The position numbers were made by a program, and so were the translations under genes. Of a stretch of DNA of 64,000 nt, positions 1 to 12,858 are shown in pieces (the first letter of the stretch is position 1; each line of letters starts with the position of its first letter). The DNA is taken from contig OY762911.1 of the NCBI GenBank assembly GCA_963666565.1, positions 352,001 through 416,000 of the forward strand, given 5' to 3'. The notes beneath the pieces are model-generated. The model was not told the origin of the DNA and ran no database searches. It worked only from the letters and a program-made list of their open reading frames with translations. This stretch comes from Thermoanaerobaculia bacterium. Lineage in GTDB: Bacteria > Acidobacteriota > Thermoanaerobaculia > Multivoradales > Multivoraceae.

Positions 1-80
1 ACGGGTCAGGCACCCGGGTGGCGTGTTTCACGCCAGCCGTGAACCAGTCCACGCGCCCGTCATCGGGCGCGTGGATGGCA

Positions 81-138
81 GACCCGCGCACCCAGTGGGC
101 GTCAGTCGGCGGGCGGGTCAGAGGACCCGCGCACCCAG
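81..138 (-). repeat. REP-like palindromic element: one full copy (113-138) and one half copy (81-95)
   Basis: Reverse complement of 113-138 is CTGGGTGCGCGGGTCCTCTGACCCGC, the same motif seen at 32.9, 39.5 and 58.2 kb; lies just 3' of the sigma-54 activator gene. Confidence 0.8.
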
Positions 139-151
139 TGGGGTTCGACGG

Positions 152-1660
152 TCAGTAGCCGCCGCGGGTCAGGGTGCGCCGGTTGACGCCGAGCAGCTTG
201 GCGGCGGCGCTCTTGTTGCCGCCCGTCATGCCGATGACGCGGCGCACGTGGCGCCGCTTGACCGTGTCGAGATCGAGCGGCTCCGGGCTCTGGGGACCGA
301 CCGCGTCCCCCATCAGCGACTGCACGAGCGACGCGTCCACGGCACCGTCGGCAAGCGAGACCGCGCCCTCGACGATATTCTGCAGTTCCCGCACGTTGCC
401 CGGATAGTCGTGCGCCAGCAGCAGGTTGAGCGCCGCCCGGTCGAACTGGGGCAGCTCGATCGACTCCCGCGCGCAGAACCGCTCGCCGAAGTGGCGGATC
501 AGGTGCGGAATGTCGCGCCTCCGCTCCCGCAACGGCGGCAGTTCCACGCTGATGCCCTTCAGGCGGTAGTACAGGTCCTCCCGGAAACGGCCCTCCTCGA
601 CCAGCCGTTCGAGCGGCTGGTGGGTCGCCGCGACGACGCGCGTGTCGACCTCGATCGGCCGTTGGCCGCCGACCCGGACGATCTCGCGCTCCTGAAGCGC
701 CCGCAGCAGCTTCACCTGGAGCGCCACGTCGAGGTCGGCGACCTCGTCCAGGAACAGAGTGCCGCCCGCCGCGAGTTCGAAGCGGCCCAGGCGCGCCCGC
801 ACGCCGGTCGCCACGCCGCCCTCGATGCCGAACAGCTCGCTCTCCAGGAGGGTCTCGGGGAGCGCGGCGCAGTTGACCGCCACCAGCGGCCCCGCGCGCT
901 CGGAGCGCTGGTGCAGGAACGCCGCCATGAGTTCCTTGCCCGTGCCGCTCTCCCCGCGCAGCAGGACGCTCACGCCCCGCGGCGCGACCCGGTCGATCAC
1001 CTCCAGGATGCGGCGCATGGCCGGCGCGTGCGCCACGATCCGCCGGCCGCCGACCTCCGCCAGGTCGTCGAGGCGCTCCTTGAGCAGCTTGTTCTCCTCG
1101 GCCAGCCGCTCCCTCGAGACGACCAGCCGCTCCACTTGGCGCAGGCCGTCGAGGGCGACGCCGGCCAACGCCGCCACGGACCGCAGGAAGCGCCGGTCGC
1201 CGTCGCTGAAGCCGGGCTCGCTGCTGCCGCGCGCCTCCTTGTCGAGCACCGCCACGAAGCCCAGCACGGCGTCGCGCGACTTGAGCGGCGCCGCCAGCAG
1301 GGAACGGAACTCGCGGCCGGCCAGCGAGCCGCCGCTGCGCGCCAGGACGTCGTCCCGCGCCAGGAGGTCGTCCCACAGGGGTCCGGCGAGCAGCGTCCCG
1401 GAAGCCGGCGAACCGCTGGCGAAGCCGACCGTCGAGACCGACCGCGCGGCGCCGAAGCGGTCGCGGGTGACGGCCGCCGCCGCCGCCGGGTCCACCGCCG
1501 CGCAGAGCCGCTGCAGCAGGTCGTCCAGCAGGCCCTGCTCGGATTCGTGCGAGTGCAGCGCAACGACCAGGTCGTAGAGCGTCTCGAGCTGCAGCCGCTG
1601 GCGGCGGCCGGCGAGGTCGGCGGACGCCTTCCGGAAGCGAGAGGATTCGCCGGCGGTCAC
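152..1660 (-). CDS. Sigma-54-dependent transcriptional activator (N-terminal GAF-like domain, AAA+, Fis-type HTH)
   Basis: GESGTGKE Walker A, VNCAAL, ESELFG, GTLFLDEV, FREDLYYRL, YPGNVREL, C-terminal GNKSAAAKLLGVNRRTL; GTG start at 1660 chosen just downstream of the uvrA stop. Confidence 0.9.
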   Translation of the reverse strand: MTAGESSRFRKASADLAGRRQRLQLETLYDLVVALHSHESEQGLLDDLLQRLCAAVDPAAAAAVTRDRFGAARSVSTVGFASGSPASGTLLAGPLWDDLLARDDVLARSGGSLAGREFRSLLAAPLKSRDAVLGFVAVLDKEARGSSEPGFSDGDRRFLRSVAALAGVALDGLRQVERLVVSRERLAEENKLLKERLDDLAEVGGRRIVAHAPAMRRILEVIDRVAPRGVSVLLRGESGTGKELMAAFLHQRSERAGPLVAVNCAALPETLLESELFGIEGGVATGVRARLGRFELAAGGTLFLDEVADLDVALQVKLLRALQEREIVRVGGQRPIEVDTRVVAATHQPLERLVEEGRFREDLYYRLKGISVELPPLRERRRDIPHLIRHFGERFCARESIELPQFDRAALNLLLAHDYPGNVRELQNIVEGAVSLADGAVDASLVQSLMGDAVGPQSPEPLDLDTVKRRHVRRVIGMTGGNKSAAAKLLGVNRRTLTRGGY

Positions 1661-1670
1661 GTCTCGGCCC

Positions 1671-4531
<2,861 letters not shown>

Positions 4532-4535
<4 letters not shown>

Positions 4536-5053
4536 CGCAGGTCCTCCGAGGCGTCGGCGCGCAGCCGGCGGCGGCCGCGGAACACCTCGCCGGCCTCCCG
4601 GTCGAGGGTCCGCTCCCGCTCCCGCTCCCGCTTGTCGTGCAGCTTCCTGCCCTCGGCCAGGGCCAGTTCGACCTTGATCCGGTTCCCCTTCAGGTAGACC
4701 GACAGCGGCACCACCGTCAGGCCGCGGTCGCGGGTGCGCCCGAACAGGCGGTCGATCTCGCGCCGGTTCAGCAGCAGCCGCCGGGGCCGCTCGAGGTCGT
4801 GGTTCTCGCGGTTGCCGTGGCTGTAGGCCGAGACGTGGGAGTGCAGCAACCACGCCTCGTGGTCCCTGAAGCCGACGTAGCTGTCCCGCAACTGGATCTT
4901 GCCGCTCCGGATCGACTTGACCTCAGTGCCCAGGAGTTCGATGCCGGCCTCGAACCGCTCCAGCACGCGGTACTCTCGCCGCGCCTTCCGGTTCACCGCC
5001 AGGGCCTGGCCGCCCGCGAGGGACCGCTGCTTCTGTTTGCTGCGCCTGGCCAT
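4532..5053 (-). CDS. smpB: SsrA-binding protein
   Basis: [45 protein letters not shown]. Confidence 0.97.
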
Positions 5054-5245
5054 CGGTGTTCATTTTCGGCGTAGGGTGCATCTTCCCGGCGAGCGCCGCG
5101 ACGTTCCCGCCGCGGTCGGAAACGGACGCCCTGACGAGTCTACTCTCCGGGCCTCCCCGGCCTTCGCGGGCGCCTGCGGGGCAAAACCGGGCGCGTTGGC
5201 GTCCTCGCCAGCTTCCGCGCCTTCTCCCGCGCGAGGGCGCCGGGA

Positions 5246-5285
5246 TGCGGCCGGGGCGCCACAGAGATGTGGCAAAAGCGCCACA
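5246..5285 (+). promoter_or_regulatory. Tandem inverted repeats TGYGGC-N6-GCCACA, candidate enhancer (UAS) for a sigma-54 activator
   Basis: TGCGGC-CGGGGC-GCCACA at 5246-5263 and TGTGGC-AAAAGC-GCCACA at 5268-5285, 22 bp apart, about 100-140 bp upstream of the predicted start site. Confidence 0.6.
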
Positions 5286-5317
5286 CAACGAGCCGCCAAT
5301 GACTCTCCGGTCCTCCC

Positions 5318-5330
5318 GAAATCGTTGAAA
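5318..5330. promoter_or_regulatory. Possible IHF binding site
   Basis: GAAATCGTTGAAA matches YAANNNNTTGATW with 2 mismatches, in an AT-rich patch between the UAS and the -24/-12 element. Confidence 0.4.
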
Positions 5331-5357
5331 GCAAAGAACTTGCGAAGGAAGCCGCGC

Positions 5358-5373
5358 TGGCACGAAACGTGCT
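5358..5373 (+). promoter_or_regulatory. Sigma-54 (-24/-12) promoter of lpxC
   Basis: TGGCACGAAACGTGCT: GG-N10-GC spacing, one mismatch to TGGCACGNNNNTTGCW. Confidence 0.8.
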
Positions 5374-5387
5374 GGAGTACCGCTCCG

Positions 5388-6380
5388 ATGGCAAGTAGCG
5401 CCAACGGAACGGGCGGCAGCCTCGACCGACGGTCCAGCGACGTCCGCGACCGCCTGTTCCGCCAGCAGACGATCCGTCGGCCGACGGCCATCTCGGGCGT
5501 CGGCATTCACACCGGCAGGCAGACGAACCTGCGGATCCTGCCTGCGCCGGCCGGCGCCGGCATCCGCTTCCGCCGCACGGACGCCGGCGCCGTGGAGATC
5601 CCGGCCGACCTCGGGAGCGTCAGTTCCCTCGAGCTCGCCACCACCCTGGGCCGCGACGACGTCACGGTATCGACGGTCGAGCACCTGCTCGCCGCCGTCT
5701 ACATCCTCGGCATCGACAACCTGACGGTCGAGATGGACGGCCCCGAAGTGCCGATCCTCGACGGCTCGGCGAGGCCCTACCTGCTGCTGCTGCAGGCCGC
5801 CGGCGTCCGGCGCCAGAACGCCGCCCGGCGGATCGTCGCGATCACGTCGGCGCTCGAGATCGACCGCGACGACAAGTGGCTGCGCGCCTCGCCGTATCCG
5901 GGGCTCCGCCTCGACTACACGATCGACTTCGAGGGTTGCGCCGTGGGGCGGCAACGATTGCAGATCGACGTCGACGCGCGGACCTTCGAGCGGGGTCTGG
6001 CGCCGGCGAGGACCTTCTGCCGGCAGATGGACGTCGAGCAGATGCAGAAGGTCGGGCTGGGACTGGGCGGATCGGTGGACAACTGCATCGTGTTCGACGA
6101 GAACGGCGCCGTGAACACGGACCTTCGCTTCCCGGACGAACCGGTCCGGCACAAGGCGCTCGACGCCGTGGGCGACTTCACCCTGCTCGGAGCGCCGATC
6201 TGGGGCCACTTCGAGGTCCTGCGAGGCGGCCACCAGCTTCACTACGAACTGCTCCGCGAACTCGCCGCCAACCCGACGTGCTGGACCTGGATGCGCGGCG
6301 ACGAACTGCCCCCCGAGGTGGACTTCCCCCTCGATGGCGACCGGCCGCCGGCCTGGCTGCCGGGCCTGGCCGCTTCGTAA
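5388..6380 (+). CDS. lpxC: UDP-3-O-acyl-N-acetylglucosamine deacetylase
   Basis: QQTIRR...GVGIHTG, TVEHLLAA, EVPILDGSA, APARTF, RFPDEPVRHKALDAVGD, GGH. Confidence 0.96.
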   Translation: MASSANGTGGSLDRRSSDVRDRLFRQQTIRRPTAISGVGIHTGRQTNLRILPAPAGAGIRFRRTDAGAVEIPADLGSVSSLELATTLGRDDVTVSTVEHLLAAVYILGIDNLTVEMDGPEVPILDGSARPYLLLLQAAGVRRQNAARRIVAITSALEIDRDDKWLRASPYPGLRLDYTIDFEGCAVGRQRLQIDVDARTFERGLAPARTFCRQMDVEQMQKVGLGLGGSVDNCIVFDENGAVNTDLRFPDEPVRHKALDAVGDFTLLGAPIWGHFEVLRGGHQLHYELLRELAANPTCWTWMRGDELPPEVDFPLDGDRPPAWLPGLAAS

Positions 6381-6429
6381 GGCGGCGCCGTGCGGCGGCG
6401 CGGGCGGCGAACGCTGGTAGTGTCGCCGC

Positions 6430-7044
6430 ATGGGAGTCCCGCGGGCGGGACGGCTGATCTGCGCGCTCAGCCTGTCGAGCGTTCTGGGCGGCGACGCACT
6501 CGCGGCCCAGCCGCCGCGAGAGGACGCCGGCCGGTCCGGCAGGGCCGCGATCGCCGGGCTCTCCGCCGTGCGCGAGGGCGCGGCCCTGCTGGTGAGCTTC
6601 CGCCTCGACCGGGCGCTTGACGAGCGCACCTGGGAGAAGATCGAGAGCGGGCTCCCGACCGGATTCACCTACGACATCGAGGTCCGTCGGATCCGGCGGC
6701 GCTGGTTCGACAAGGCCGTCGTCGCCACCCGGCTGCAGGTCGTGGCGATGTACAACGCCCTCACCCGGGAGTACCTCGTCAACTTCAAGCGCGACGGCGA
6801 GCTCTACGCCAGCCGCGTCGTGACGTCGCAGGAAGACCTGGAGCGGGCGCTGACCACCTTCGAGGAGCTGCCGTCGGTCGAGTTCGCCAACGAACCGCCG
6901 GGGCGGCTGGTGCTGCGCGTGCGCGCGGAACTGCGAACCCGGACCCGGCTCGGCCTCATCCCGGACCGCGTCCACACCGCCTGGGCGCAGACGGCGCCCT
7001 TCCGCCCCACCCAGCGCCGGATCGCCGGCGAGACGGCCGAATGA
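6430..7044 (+). CDS. DUF4390-family periplasmic protein
   Basis: Signal peptide; SGLPTGFTYDIEV..R.RWFD and YNALTREY motifs; usual position upstream of ntrY; ATGA overlap with the kinase. Confidence 0.8.
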   Translation: MGVPRAGRLICALSLSSVLGGDALAAQPPREDAGRSGRAAIAGLSAVREGAALLVSFRLDRALDERTWEKIESGLPTGFTYDIEVRRIRRRWFDKAVVATRLQVVAMYNALTREYLVNFKRDGELYASRVVTSQEDLERALTTFEELPSVEFANEPPGRLVLRVRAELRTRTRLGLIPDRVHTAWAQTAPFRPTQRRIAGETAE

Positions 7045-9323
7045 AGCCGCTTCTCACACCGCCCCGCACGCCGGTGCGGGAGCTCATCAAGACGAACCGC
7101 TTCCTGGTCTGGCTCCTGGTTCTCTCCCTGGCGGCGCCGACGGCCGGCTACTACGCGCTCCAGCGCGGGCGCGAGATCGACCCGACGGTGCTGAACAACA
7201 GCATCCTGCTGTTCGCGCTGCGCAACCTGAACGTGGTGCTGATCCTGATCGTCGCCTTCGTGCTCGTCCGCAACCTGACCAAGCTGTGGATCGAGCGCCG
7301 GCGCCAGCGCCTGGGCGCCAAGTTCCGCACGAAGCTCATCCTGACCTACATCGGGCTGTCGCTGATCCCCGGACTCGTCCTGTTCGCCTACGCCACGGAA
7401 CTGCTGCAGGGCTCGATCGACCGGATGTTCCGGACCGACATCGACGACCTGCTGGCGCCGGCGAACCAGGTCTCCCAGGCCCTGACCTCGACCCAGCAGG
7501 ACCAATTGCTGCGCGACGCCGAGCGCTTCCTCGCGGACACCGAGAGCCTGGACCTGGACAGCCCGCGCGGGCGCGGCAGGCTGGCGGGGGCGCTGGGCGA
7601 GGCCCTGGCCGAAGCCGATCTCGACTACCTGGCGGTCTACCGGGACACCGTCTTCCTGCAGGCCACGGTCAACTCGCAGGCTCTCTCCGAGGTGCCCGAA
7701 CCGACCCGCGGCATGCTGCTCGAAGCGGTCCGCACCGGCGCCGCCCGCGCGATCGGCGAAGTGGCGGGCAGCGAGGAGCGCCTGATCCTGGCTGCGGCGG
7801 CCCGAGAGGGCGACGGCGCCGAGGCGGCGGGGGACGGCGCCGAGGCGACGGTCGCCGTCGCCGGCCGGCTGCTCGACGCCGAACTCGCCGGCAGCACGGA
7901 AACCCTGATCGCCGCCTACCAGTCCCGGCGGCAACTGCACGCGCAGCGGGACGAGATCCGCGCGGCGTACTGGCTCCTGTTCCTGACGGTGACGCTGTGC
8001 ATCCTGCTCGTCTCGTGCTGGGTCGGCCTCTACCTCGCCGGCCGGGTGACCGGTCCGATCGAGGCGCTGGCGGACGGCACCCGCCGCATCGCCGGCGGCG
8101 ACCTGGAGCACCGGGTCGAGGCGGCCGCCGACGACGAGGTCCAGGTGCTGGTCGACTCGTTCAACCGGATGACCGACGCGCTCCAGGAGTCGAACCGCGA
8201 CCTGGTGGCGACGAACCGGCGCCTGGACGCCGAGCGCGCCCGCATCGAGGCCGTGCTCGAGAGCGGCCCGGCCGGCGTGCTCTCGCTCGACCGCGACGGC
8301 CGCATCCTGACCTGCAACCGCGCCGCGATGGAGATGCTGGGGCTGCCGGAGCGCGTCTCGCTCGCCGGCGCGCCGCCCGAGGCCCTGAGCGAACTGCTCC
8401 CCGACAAGGGCGTCGAAGCCGTGTTCGCCGACCTGCCGGATTCGACCGTCCGGGGAGCGGGGGGCCCCCGCAGGCCGGCGTCGGCCCCGGCCCGCCGCGA
8501 GGTCAGCCTCGGCGGCCGGGACGACTGGAAGACGCTGGAGGTCAAGACCAGCCCGCTGCGCGCCCCCGACGGCAAGGGCGGCTTCGAGCTGCTCGGCCAC
8601 GTCCTCGTCATCGAGGACCTGACGGCGCTGCTCGACGCCCAGAAGGCCGCGACCTGGACGGAGGCGGCGCGCCGGATCGCCCACGAGATCAAGAATCCGC
8701 TGACGCCGATCAGGCTCGCTTCGGAACGGCTGCTGCGGAAGGCGCGGAACAACGACGCGAGCCTCGGCGCCGCGGTCGAGGAGGGGGCGCGGATCGTCGT
8801 CCGCGAGGTCGGCAACATGCAGAACCTCGTCGACCAGTTCGCCCGCTACGCCCGCATGCGGCGCCCCCAGCCGCGCGAGGTCGACATGGCGAGGCTGATC
8901 GGCGAGACGGTCGACCTCTACCGGGAGTCGAAGCCGGGGGTCGAGGTCGAGGCGCGCATCGAGGCGGGTGAGAACGGCCTCCACGCCAAGCTCGACGGCG
9001 ACCAGATGCGCTCGGCCCTGTCCAACCTGCTCGACAACGCGATCGCCGCCACCAGCGCGCCCGGCCAGGTGACGGTCCGCGCCGGCCGCAGCAACGGCGT
9101 CTTCGACCTCTCCGTCACCGACACGGGCGCCGGGGTGCCGGAGGGAGTCCGGGAGAAGCTCTTCCTGCCGTACTTCTCGACCAAGGGACGCGGTTCGGGG
9201 CTGGGCCTCGCCATCGTCCAGCGCATCGTCAGCGACCACAACGGATCGATCCGGGTCCGGCACCACGACCCTCGCGGCACGACCTTCGCGATCGCGCTGC
9301 CGCAGTCCGAGGCGCAGCAGTAG
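7041..9323 (+). CDS. ntrY: NtrY-like sensor histidine kinase (TM, HAMP, PAS, HisKA, HATPase)
   Basis: GAKFRTKL motif, HAMP (DEVQVLVDSFNRM), H-box ARRIAHEIKNPLTPI, NLLDNA, DTGAGV, YFSTK, GSGLGL. Confidence 0.88.
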   Translation: MKPLLTPPRTPVRELIKTNRFLVWLLVLSLAAPTAGYYALQRGREIDPTVLNNSILLFALRNLNVVLILIVAFVLVRNLTKLWIERRRQRLGAKFRTKLILTYIGLSLIPGLVLFAYATELLQGSIDRMFRTDIDDLLAPANQVSQALTSTQQDQLLRDAERFLADTESLDLDSPRGRGRLAGALGEALAEADLDYLAVYRDTVFLQATVNSQALSEVPEPTRGMLLEAVRTGAARAIGEVAGSEERLILAAAAREGDGAEAAGDGAEATVAVAGRLLDAELAGSTETLIAAYQSRRQLHAQRDEIRAAYWLLFLTVTLCILLVSCWVGLYLAGRVTGPIEALADGTRRIAGGDLEHRVEAAADDEVQVLVDSFNRMTDALQESNRDLVATNRRLDAERARIEAVLESGPAGVLSLDRDGRILTCNRAAMEMLGLPERVSLAGAPPEALSELLPDKGVEAVFADLPDSTVRGAGGPRRPASAPARREVSLGGRDDWKTLEVKTSPLRAPDGKGGFELLGHVLVIEDLTALLDAQKAATWTEAARRIAHEIKNPLTPIRLASERLLRKARNNDASLGAAVEEGARIVVREVGNMQNLVDQFARYARMRRPQPREVDMARLIGETVDLYRESKPGVEVEARIEAGENGLHAKLDGDQMRSALSNLLDNAIAATSAPGQVTVRAGRSNGVFDLSVTDTGAGVPEGVREKLFLPYFSTKGRGSGLGLAIVQRIVSDHNGSIRVRHHDPRGTTFAIALPQSEAQQ

Positions 9324-9333
9324 AGCCCGGAAG

Positions 9334-10701
<1,368 letters not shown>

Positions 10702-10717
10702 GCGGGAGCGCGAGCGA

Positions 10718-10737
10718 GCGCGGGTCTTCCGGCCCGC
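10718..10737 (+). repeat. Degenerate REP-like palindrome
   Basis: GCGCGGGTCTTCCGGCCCGC between ntrX and selB. Confidence 0.6.
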
Positions 10738-10771
10738 GGAGACGAAACCGCGCCGACCGCGGGAGCGGTCC

Positions 10772-12700
10772 GTGACCGGGGCCGCCGCCAAGCGGTTCGT
10801 CGTCGGCACGGCCGGCCACGTCGACCACGGCAAGACCCGCCTGGTGCATGCCCTGACCGGCGTCGACTGCGACCGCTGGGAAGAGGAGAAGCAGCGCGGC
10901 ATCACGATCGACCTCGGCTTCGCGTCGATGGTCGAGGACGGCTGGCAGATCGGCTTCGTCGACGTGCCGGGCCACGAGCGGTTCGTCCACAACGCGCTCG
11001 CCGGGCTGGGCGGGATCCAGATGATGGTGCTGGTGGTGGCCGCCGACGAGGGGGTCATGCCGCAGACCCTGGAGCACCTCGCGATCTGCTCCCTGCTGCG
11101 GATCCCGGCGGGCCTGGCGGTGCTCTCGAAGACGGACCTGGTTTCGGCCGACCTGGTGGAACTCGCCGAACTGGAGCTCGAGGAGGCGCTTGAGGGAACG
11201 CCCTTCGCCGGCGCGCCGATCCTGCCGGTGTCGGCCGAGACCGGCGAGGGCCTCCCGCGGCTCCGGGAGAGCCTGGTGGAGCTGGCCCGCTCGGCGGCGC
11301 CGATCGACCGGCACCGCGGGCTGCCGGCGCGGCTGCCCGTCGACCGCGCCTTCCACCTGCGCGGCCTCGGCGTGCTGGTCACCGGCACGCTGGCCCGCGG
11401 GACAGTGAGCGTCGGCGAGGAGCTCGACATCCTGCCCGCCGGCGGCCGCGCCCGCGTGCGCAGCATCGAGATCCATGGCGACCGCCGCGAACGGGCCGAG
11501 GCCGGCGAGCGGACCTCGCTCCAGCTCGTCGGCGCCGGGCTGGAAGAGGTCGCCCGCGGCCACGAACTGACCGCCCCCGGCGTCTACCGCGCCACGACCT
11601 CCCTGCTGGTGCGGTGCCGGCTGCTCGCGGAAGCGCCCGAGCCGATCGAGGGAAGCTGCCCGGTGCGGGTTCACGTCAACGCCGCGCAGCGGATCGGCAG
11701 GCTGCGAGCGCTCGAAGCCGAGCGGCTGGCGCCCGGCAAGGAGGCGGTAGCGGAGATCAGGCTCGACGAGCCGCTGGTGGCGGTCCGCGGCGACCGCTTC
11801 GTCATCCGCCGGCCCTCGCCCCAGACGACCCTCGGCGGCGGCGAAGTTCTCGACCCGTCCTGGCGGCGTCCGCGCGGCAGGGCGCTCGGAGCGGCGATCG
11901 ACGCGCTGGGTTCCGGCGACGACCGGGCGGCCGCCGTGCAGTGGGCCGTGGACGGCCGCGAGGCGGGGCTGGCGGCAGGCGAACTCGCCCTGCGGCTGGG
12001 CGTCGTGCCCGAGAATGCCGAGGAGGTTCTCAACGGCGCCGCGAAGGACGGCCTGCTGCTGCGAACCGGCGCCGGCGGCCGGTACGTCGCCGCCGCCGCC
12101 GTCCGCCGCGTCACGCGCCGCGCCCGCCGCCTGGTCGAGGCGCACTTCGCCGCCGACCGCCTCTCCCGCGGCATGCCGAAGGCCGAACTGGTGCGCCGGC
12201 TGCTCGGCCCCCGCGCGGGCGACCTCGCCCCCGCCTACCTCGACTGGGCGAGCCGCGGCGGCAAGGACGAGGCCATCCAGGTCGAGGGCGAACTCGTGAG
12301 GCTCCCCGGCCGCGCCAGCGAACTGACCGGCGCCGAGTCGAAGCTGGCGCGGGACATCGTCGAAGGCTTCGAGAGTCAGGGCCTGACGCCCGGCTCGCCC
12401 GAGGAACTCTGCCGCGGCCTGGGCGCCAAGCCCCAGCTCTTCGACGGCGTGCTCCGCTACCTGGTGGACCGCGGCAAGCTCGTCAGGCTGCCGAACGGCC
12501 TCCTGCTGGCCGCGGCGTCCCTGGAGCGGTTCCAGGCCGACCTGCTCGCCAACGGCTGGGACACCTTCACCGTCGCCGACTTCAAGGACCGCTTCGGCCT
12601 GACCCGCAAGTGGGCGATCCCGCTGCTGGAGCACCTGGACCGCCAGCGGCTGACGCGGCGGGAAGCGGACCGCCGGCGGATCCTGCGGCCACGGGACTGA
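10772..12700 (+). CDS. selB: Selenocysteine-specific translation elongation factor
   Basis: GTAGHVDHGKT, EEKQRGITIDLGF, DVPGHERF, MPQTLEH; C-terminal winged helix FKDRFGLTRKWAIPLLEHLD. Confidence 0.96.
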   Translation: MTGAAAKRFVVGTAGHVDHGKTRLVHALTGVDCDRWEEEKQRGITIDLGFASMVEDGWQIGFVDVPGHERFVHNALAGLGGIQMMVLVVAADEGVMPQTLEHLAICSLLRIPAGLAVLSKTDLVSADLVELAELELEEALEGTPFAGAPILPVSAETGEGLPRLRESLVELARSAAPIDRHRGLPARLPVDRAFHLRGLGVLVTGTLARGTVSVGEELDILPAGGRARVRSIEIHGDRRERAEAGERTSLQLVGAGLEEVARGHELTAPGVYRATTSLLVRCRLLAEAPEPIEGSCPVRVHVNAAQRIGRLRALEAERLAPGKEAVAEIRLDEPLVAVRGDRFVIRRPSPQTTLGGGEVLDPSWRRPRGRALGAAIDALGSGDDRAAAVQWAVDGREAGLAAGELALRLGVVPENAEEVLNGAAKDGLLLRTGAGGRYVAAAAVRRVTRRARRLVEAHFAADRLSRGMPKAELVRRLLGPRAGDLAPAYLDWASRGGKDEAIQVEGELVRLPGRASELTGAESKLARDIVEGFESQGLTPGSPEELCRGLGAKPQLFDGVLRYLVDRGKLVRLPNGLLLAAASLERFQADLLANGWDTFTVADFKDRFGLTRKWAIPLLEHLDRQRLTRREADRRRILRPRD

Positions 12701-12753
12701 CGGCTGAAACGGGCACTCCCCAGCAGTGCCGCCACCGCTGGGTGCGCGGAGCA

Positions 12754-12782
12754 TTGACGCCGCACCCCTCACCGCCTATCTT
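12754..12782 (+). promoter_or_regulatory. Sigma-70-type promoter for the defence operon
   Basis: TTGACG-N17-TATCTT, ending 76 bp before the helicase start. Confidence 0.6.
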
Positions 12783-12858
12783 CTACCGTCGTCCTTGAGA
12801 AGCAGTCGCCCCTCGTACGAGGCTGGTCCAGGGTCACGCAGCCAGGATCGCCAGCACG

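Noticed and set aside
5054-5245. tmRNA (ssrA) beside smpB
   Set aside because: Region is too short and lacks the tRNA-like ends and tag reading frame
12712-12730. Intrinsic terminator after selB (GGCACT/AGTGCC hairpin)
   Set aside because: Short stem and no U-tract
12701-12858. tRNA-Sec (selC) or att site at the island's left edge next to selB
   Set aside because: No tRNA cloverleaf or T-loop motif, no integrase, and no matching repeat seen at the right edge near 30630
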